Assembly (NCBI GenBank): GCA_964252035.1
Contig: OZ176215.1
Length of the DNA stretch: 64,000 nt
DNA from: Podarcis erhardii
Taxonomy: Eukaryota
Strand: one strand, 5' to 3'
Shown: in pieces, positions 57,462 to 64,000 of the stretch
Numbering within the stretch: the stretch's first letter is position 1
Layout of the letters: each line of letters begins with the position of its first letter
The notes under the pieces: generated by a model
The model's input: only the letters and a program-made list of their open reading frames with translations
The model's database searches: none
What the model was told of the DNA's origin: nothing
Program-made: the position numbers and the translations under genes

Positions 57462-58904
57462 CCTGGGCCGGTGGAGGGGTGTGGATGTCCGCTCAGGGTT
57501 GCCCCCACCTCCAAAGTCGGCTGGGGGAGGGAGCAAGGAGTTTACTCCGTTCCTTCAATGAGACTAGACGGTGACCTGGGAGGAAGGATTGGGGAGGGGG
57601 AATACTTTTTTTTGGGGGGGGTGCTCTTTCAAGTACTGTCTGTGGAGCGTCTGCCTTCTGCCTGACCTTTCGCACTCCGTGCCTTCTTCAAACTGGTGTC
57701 AGCCTCTCTCTCCCCCCCCCCCCCGCTCCTCCCGGTGTCTTATTCCGGACCCCCCCTCCCCCCGTGCCCTTTGCATGTCTGGGTTCCAGCAAGCTCCGGC
57801 CTCTCCTCCCCGTGGCTCCAGGTGTCGAAGCTGCCCCTCCGGAGGGCGGGGCGACAGGGGAGGCGGGGTATCCAAGCCAGTCTTCGGTCGGGGGGTATTA
57901 ATAGCTGCTTAAGACGCTTCCCCGCCGCCTGCAGGAGAGAGAGGCCGTCTGCTCCCATCCGCGGGTCGGGATGGAGGGCCAAAAAGCCCCAAGACGCCCA
58001 CCTGAAGCTTGGAGGGCAAAACCCCTTCTGTTTGGGGGGTCTGTTAGGGGGAGAACTTCTGCATGCCAAGCAGGTGTTCCACCCAAAGGTTCCAGCCCTT
58101 TGCAGGAAGAAAGTCCTCAGGTGGCAGGTGTGGGAAAGGAATACAACCCCCCCTCTCCCATTTTCCATTCAGCGGTATTCAGAAGCATTGCTGCCTTCCG
58201 CCATCATGGATAGCAGCCATCAACAGCCCCCCACTCAATTAATATGTCTACTCCTCTGTTAAAGTCATCCATGTGGGTGGCCTCCTGCAGCAGGGAGTTC
58301 CATAGTTTATGTTCTGTGTGGGTCACTAAGCTGACCTGGCTTCAGGTTCAAAGACCAGGCAAAGCAGCCCCCCCCCCAACTTTCATTCTGCACACCCAGG
58401 TGCATTTGAACATCCAGGAGATCTGCCCCACCCACCCCAATTTCAGCTTTCCAGAGGCTGGGGTTGGGGTGGAGGTGGGGTCTCTCTCTGCATCACAAAG
58501 GGATGGGCCCAGCCAGGGGAGGCAGCTCCTTCCCGTCCTCTTTAAATTTAGCCCAGCCTGACATTTGCTGTGAACTTTTGCCATTTAATTTCGGGATAGG
58601 CCTGTGTCAGCAGCACCAGGGCTCCGGGGGAAGGACACCAGATACAGCTGACAGAAGCAGACCCAAGATGGGCCGGTCTCGGCTTGTGGAGCTTGGAAAG
58701 GTCAGCCGGCCGGTGGAGGAACAGCAGCAGCAGTGGTGGGCCTTGCGTTCTGGTTCTGGAGGGGTACCTGGCCGCAGGTTCCTTCTGCCAGAGGAAACAC
58801 CTTTCCTTTGTGATGCCTCCTTGCCTGCTACTCATTCCCAGTTTCTCAAAAAGGGGCTTAGTTTGTGCTGGCAACCACACCAGTGCTGTGGCTGAGTCCC
58901 AGAC

Positions 58905-59200
58905 TGTAGAATCAAAGAATGTAAGAGTCTGAAGGGGGGTCTGGGAGGTCATCCAGCCCAACCCCCACCTCAGCGCAGGGTGCAAGCTGGACTTTGGCAT
59001 CCCTGGTGGCTGGTTGCCCAGTTTCTGCTTAAGTAGCTCTAGCAAAGGAGAGGAAGGGAGAAGGAGCACTCACGACCCCCCTGAGGCAAGGCTGCCCCAC
59101 TGGCCGAGAGCTCTTCCCTTTAGGAAAGTTCCCTTGATGTTTAGCCAAAATCTGCTCTTTCCCTGCAATCTCCACTCTTTGGTTCACATCTGCTAGCTCT
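58905..59200 (-). mobile_element. CR1 3' fragment
   Basis: agaatc..aagagtctgaagggg..ggtcatccagcccaacccc..ttaggaaagttcccttgatgtttagcc reverse CR1 motifs. Confidence 0.7.
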
Positions 59201-59575
59201 CCAAAGAAACCCACATTGTGCTCCCCCCCCCCCATTTACAGAGAGGGGTTTAAGAATTAGAGACGTATGAAACAACAAACAATAGGAGTGCCTCTGAGAA
59301 TGCTCAGAATGCCGCAGTCATTTCTGAGGACATGGATTCATCTGGAGTGAGAAATGCCAAGGGGGCTTGATCCCACCCAGAGCTTACCAGGTGACTTGCC
59401 CTGGACTCCGGCTCTGCTTGTTCCAGCTGTGTGGAGGAGGCTGGATCTCATCTGCCACTGGGGGGGAAGTCATTCTCATGGAGCCATGATGCTGCCACTG
59501 CTGCAGTAAATTTACTTTAAGTTGAGGACCAGAGTAGTCAGAGGACAGGAGAGATTTTGCTCCAAACCACTACTC

Positions 59576-59813
59576 CAGGGGTGAGCAAACTTTTTCAGCA
59601 GGGGGCTGGTCCACTGTCCCTCAGACCTTTTTTTTGGGGGGGGGGGGAAATGAACAAATTCCTATGCCCCACAAATAACCCAGAGATGCATTTTAAATAA
59701 AAGCACACATTCTACTCATGTAAAAACACGCTGATTCCTGGACCGTCCACAGGCTGGTTTGAGAAGGCGATTGGGCTGGATCTGGCCCCCGGGCCTTAGG
59801 TTGTCTACCCATG
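59576..59813. mobile_element. hAT-type MITE (copy of 3721-3979)
   Basis: Long shared internal sequence; degenerate TSD cactactc/ctctattc. Confidence 0.8.
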
Positions 59814-61028
59814 CTCTATTCAGTCACTCTGCCCACTGGGCAACCTTAGTCTCTCTTTTAGCCTAATCTCCCTCATAGGGTTGTTGTGAAGATAAATTGA
59901 GGGAGAACCCTGCAAACTGCTTTAAGCTCAATGGAGAAAAGGCAGAATATAAATTATTATTATTATTAGTAGTAGTAGTAGTATTAGTAGGGAGCCTGCA
60001 ACAAAATATTGCAGTGTGGCATGTGCTGCACTTCAGGGTTCCAGCCGACCAGCTCTGCCATCTTCCAGCACATTCTCTTTCCTTCCTTTGGGTCCCCCCC
60101 TCCAATAGCATTCTGATTATATCGTGCACAGTTCTTATTTGGCTGTGGTTATGTTTGTTTCTTTGTTTTTGCAGAGTGGGGTCTCTAATAAATGTTTTCT
60201 GTACTTCTGCAAACTCTGCATTTCCCCAACCCTGCAGATACTTCCTTAGTTTGGATGGTTGGTGCCCTTTTGATTATGTAAGGGTCCATACTCAGAGAAA
60301 TCAAGCTAGCTAATAATATCTGCAGTACGCGTATGCATTCAAGCAGGGCTGAACTCACTGGAGGAATGGTATGCTGTAGATCACATGTATAAATAAATAA
60401 ATTAGTTCTGCTAATGGTTAGTAAGTCGTGGTAGTAAACCTGGGCACCAACAAAGGTTCCTTAGATGGAGCTTCTTCTTAAGGGGATGAGTATTTTGCAA
60501 GCACTCAGCTGGAGAATGCCAAGAGTTCGGCTGGTGCAGGATGTCCTATCCCAGGCATTGACCACACTGGGAATTTTGCTGTTCAGAAATGTTTCTGGTC
60601 ACACATTTAGTGCGGGGAAATGATCTGCAATGAGCACTTTAAGTGGAGCGACAGAATATGTGTAGGAGTAGGAAAGCAGAGTGCCTCTGGGCATGTACAG
60701 AGTGCCTCCCCCCTCCCGACAGCACCATCTAGCGAATCTTTGCTCAGAAGCAAAGTTCTTCTGCGTTCATTCCTCAACCCGGGCTTACATGCTAAGCGCA
60801 TGTGCCTAGGGCTGCAGCCTGAGTAACTCTACCCAATTCCCAAAATATCCAGGAATCGAGATTAGGATAGCATTGCAAATAAACTCACATTTACTAGCAT
60901 TGCCTGCTTCTCTGCCGCTGGCCTGTGTCAGCCAGCCATTGAGAAACAAACTACAGTAACACTATTTTCGCCCCCAAAGAAAATGTGCCCTAAAACAGAA
61001 CAAACTTTTGTAAAGTTTTGCTGCCTGT

Positions 61029-61090
61029 TCTATCTCTATCTCTCTATCTCTATCTCTATCTCTATCTCTATCATCTCTATCTCTATCTAT
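61029..61090. repeat. (TCTCTA)n microsatellite
   Basis: Direct reading of the sequence. Confidence 0.85.
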
Positions 61091-61499
61091 CTCACATTGC
61101 TTTTTGAATATCTCAGAGGCATTCCTTACTGGACACAGGCTGATCCAGATGAGGAGAGGCTGGGCTTATCAGGAGGTGGGATCTGCTTGCCAAATTGAAT
61201 CCCCTCTAACAATGCTGACACAATACTACATAAAGATAATATATTGATGTGGTGTTTTCTAAAACTTCAGAGAGCTTTGCTTACATTATCTCCATCCTTA
61301 TAACACCCTTTCCCAGTCCACCCCTGTGGTTCCCCTGCATGTGGGCTGATCCCAGCCATGGCTGGTTGGCCCCCCAAGTACCATGTGGCCGAGTGTCCTA
61401 CCTCACAGAGGACAGTCCTCTTCCAAGTTCTGTTTAAATCTAAAAGAACTGCAAGAAAGGCGAGCAGCTGGGCAGAAAGTGGGTGGAAGCCTTGAACCC

Positions 61500-61945
61500 A
61501 GTGTGGCCTAGTGGTTAGAATGTCTGGTTGGGACCTGGAGAACCAAGGCTCAAATCCCCACTCAGCCATGAAGTAATAAAAATAATAATAATACCCCGCC
61601 CCAGCCACTCTGGGCGGCTTCCAACAAAATATTAAAATACAGTAATCCATCAAATATTAAAAGCTTCCCTAAACAGGGCTGCCTTCAGATGTCTTCTGAA
61701 AGTCTGGTACTGTAGTTGTTTATTTCTTTGACATCTAGTGGGGGGGAGTTCCACAGGGCGGGCGCCACTACCGAGAAGGCCCTCTGCCTGAAGCTCTGTG
61801 GGGAGTGACCTTGAGCTCAGTCACTGCTTCTCAGTCTAACCTACCTTACAGGGTTGTTGTTGTGGGAGTTAAATGAGGAGACAAAGAACCATGTAAGTCA
61901 CCTTGAGCTCTTCCTGAAAAAATAGTGGGATAGAAATGCAATCAG
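61500..61945 (+). mobile_element. CORE/MIR-like SINE split by an L2 fragment (61574-61788, minus strand)
   Basis: SINE head ends ...cagccatgaag and resumes ...tgaagctctgtggg; tgaag is duplicated at both junctions. Confidence 0.65.
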
Positions 61946-62600
61946 GGCTTTTTTCCCCAGCCAGAACTCAGTTCCGGCACCTCTCAGGTGGGTGCCATTG
62001 CCATTATAAGTGGGGTATTCATAGTGAGTTTCAGCACCACCTCCTCCTCCTTATTATTATTAAAATAGCACTGAATGCAATATAGAGAGTAACCAAGCAG
62101 GCACATAGGCTGGCTGGTCTGTTGTGGGTGAGATGCATTACTTTTCTATGTAACTTATAATATTTCTAAATTTGCACCTATAACATCCAAAAAGAGATGT
62201 TGCCTTTATCTCTCTTTTTTGCAATGCAGAAGTGGCCACACAGCTACCGCCTAAGTTCCTGGTAGAATAGAGGGGAACTGTCAAGAGGGGGACCTGTAGC
62301 CCCTGCTTGGCAGGCAGGTGGGCAGAAAGGGCCACGGTTGATCCCTGGCATCTCCAGGGGTCTGTGTGTCACCCCTGGAGGCCAAGTTGGACAAGCTGCC
62401 TGTTCTGATACAAGGCAGTTTCCTGTGCTCCCAGGAGGGACCACTGGCACACAGCAGGGGCTGGGTTCAGCCCCTGGGTAGGGCTGGAAAAGACTTCTTT
62501 GTGTAAGGCTGGAGAGCTGCTGCAAGTTTGTGTAGACCAGAGGTAAGCAATGTAGTGCCTCCCATCAGCCCCTGCAGGCAGCACGGCCAATGGCCAGGGG

Positions 62601-62764
62601 CAGTGGCGTAGCGTGGGTTGTCAGCACCCGGGGCAAGGCAAGTAATTTGCGCCCCCTAACCCGTGAGCCAGGTAGGGGCAGAGAGCTGTGAGTGCGAGCG
62701 CCCCCCCCCAGATGTTGCGCCCGGTGCGGACGGACCCCCCAGCACCCCCCACGCTACGCCACTG
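62601..62764. mobile_element. hAT-type MITE
   Basis: 16-bp TIR CAGTGGCGTAGCGTGG; perfect 8-bp TSD gccagggg. Confidence 0.85.
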
Positions 62765-63885
62765 GCCAGGGGTGATGGAAGCAGCGGCAGACTTTGGTCT
62801 TTCAAATTCCCACAGCACCCAAAATTTTGTGCCTCCCATCCTCTCGCCTTCCGTTCTGCTCAATTCACTATGTTGTAGCTGCGGCGCCCCCTAGGCTCAG
62901 TGTCCAGTGCGGCAGAACTGGTCACACTGCCCTAAATCCGCCTCTGATGGGGGCTGTAGTCCAATAACATATGGAGGTTATATGGGTCAATGGCATGACT
63001 CACTGTGTCCCTATGTAAATCAGCCTTTTATCCAAAACCGCGAGGACTGGAGCCTCCTTTTCTTTTTATTTTCTTTTTTAGTTAGATCAGCCAATAGCCT
63101 GATTTGGTATAAGGCAGTTTAATAGGGGCTGTGTGGCTCACATCTGCTGCTTTCAGCCAGTGTCTCAGGCAGGCTTTATATATTACAAATTTCAAATCAT
63201 GAAACAGAAATGCAAATTGTGAAATAAGGCTGCAGTTCTAGACGTATTTACCTGGGATTAGCTGTGTTGATCACACTGAGTCTTTATTTCTGAACCGACA
63301 TGTGTGGAATGATACAGACAATTTGGTATTGATGAGCTATAAAACAAATGGGCCATATCCGCTGAAGAAGAGGGTGCGTCGTTATGCCAATAATGAACAA
63401 AGCGTTTTAAAGATAAGTGATTGTGCCCTTGCTTGCCCCCTGCACCCCATCCGTGACTTGCTTTCCGCACTGGCAGGTGGACCAGCTGCACCCATGTAGC
63501 ATTTTGCTGGTGCATCAGGGAGTTCTACCAGTGTTTAGTTCATGCCAGCGGCATGTCTTGAGTGCCCCCAAAGCAGTGGGGCTTTTCTCCTGCTCCCCAG
63601 AGCCCCTCAGCCAGTAGGGAGTGGGATCCTGCCTCCAGCCTTGACCACTCATACCCTCAATAAATTTGCTTCTTCCCTCCTGCGTGGCAAAGTCTCGCTG
63701 CCACGAATGAGGCACAGTAAATTGAGCAATGGTGGTTTAGGCTTTAGTTTGCAACAGCCCCTCTGGAAAAGTGGGGCATGTTTGTTATGTCTTGGTGAAA
63801 TAAGATACAAGAAAATGGTCGCCTGGATATGTTACTGGAGATGATGTAAACTATTATGGAATTATTTTATATGTCCAATTATATA

Positions 63886-64000
63886 CAGTGGTACCTCAGG
63901 TTACAGATGCTTCAGGTTACAGATGCTTCAGGTTACAGACTCTGCTAACCCAGAAATAGTACCTTGGGTTAAGAACTTTGCTTCAGGATGAGAACAGAAC
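63886..64000. mobile_element. Tigger-like MITE (family A), cut by the window end
   Basis: TA|CAGTGGTACCTCAGGTTACAGATGCTTCAGG..., same family as 33269-33494. Confidence 0.85.

Overview
This is squamate reptile genomic DNA. A Sauria-type SINE and the squamate MITE, CR1 and L2 repertoire point to a lizard, probably a lacertid (inference). Three + strand genes lie in the same order and orientation as at human 11q13. (1) MAP4K2/GCK, 3' part: 25 coding exons at 458-22894, from kinase subdomain VII (DFG) through the CNH domain to the stop codon; they splice in frame with GT-AG sites and give about 700 codons. (2) SF1 (splicing factor 1, branch-point binding protein): CCAAT-rich CpG promoter, ATG at 27866, stop at 42809, AATAAA at 43731. 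Twelve of the 13 expected coding exons are visible, and exon 3 probably lies in the 156-N gap. (3) PYGM exon 1 (56983-57225); exon 2 was not found before the window ends. Introns and intergenic DNA are full of SINEs, CR1/L2/L1 fragments and Tc1/mariner- and hAT-type MITEs, several of them nested with clear target-site duplications. I found no CRISPR array, prokaryotic system or novel protein-coding gene. The most interesting signals are in SF1. The donor that makes the canonical short mammalian N-terminus reads GG instead of GT, so only a long polyP/polyQ exon 1 ending at a GC donor appears possible. Intron 3 carries several candidate regulatory or poison exons, one behind a perfect TACTAAC branch point, which is the motif SF1 itself binds; this suggests an autoregulatory module. 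Exon numbering and comparisons with human sequences are from memory and need confirming by alignment.
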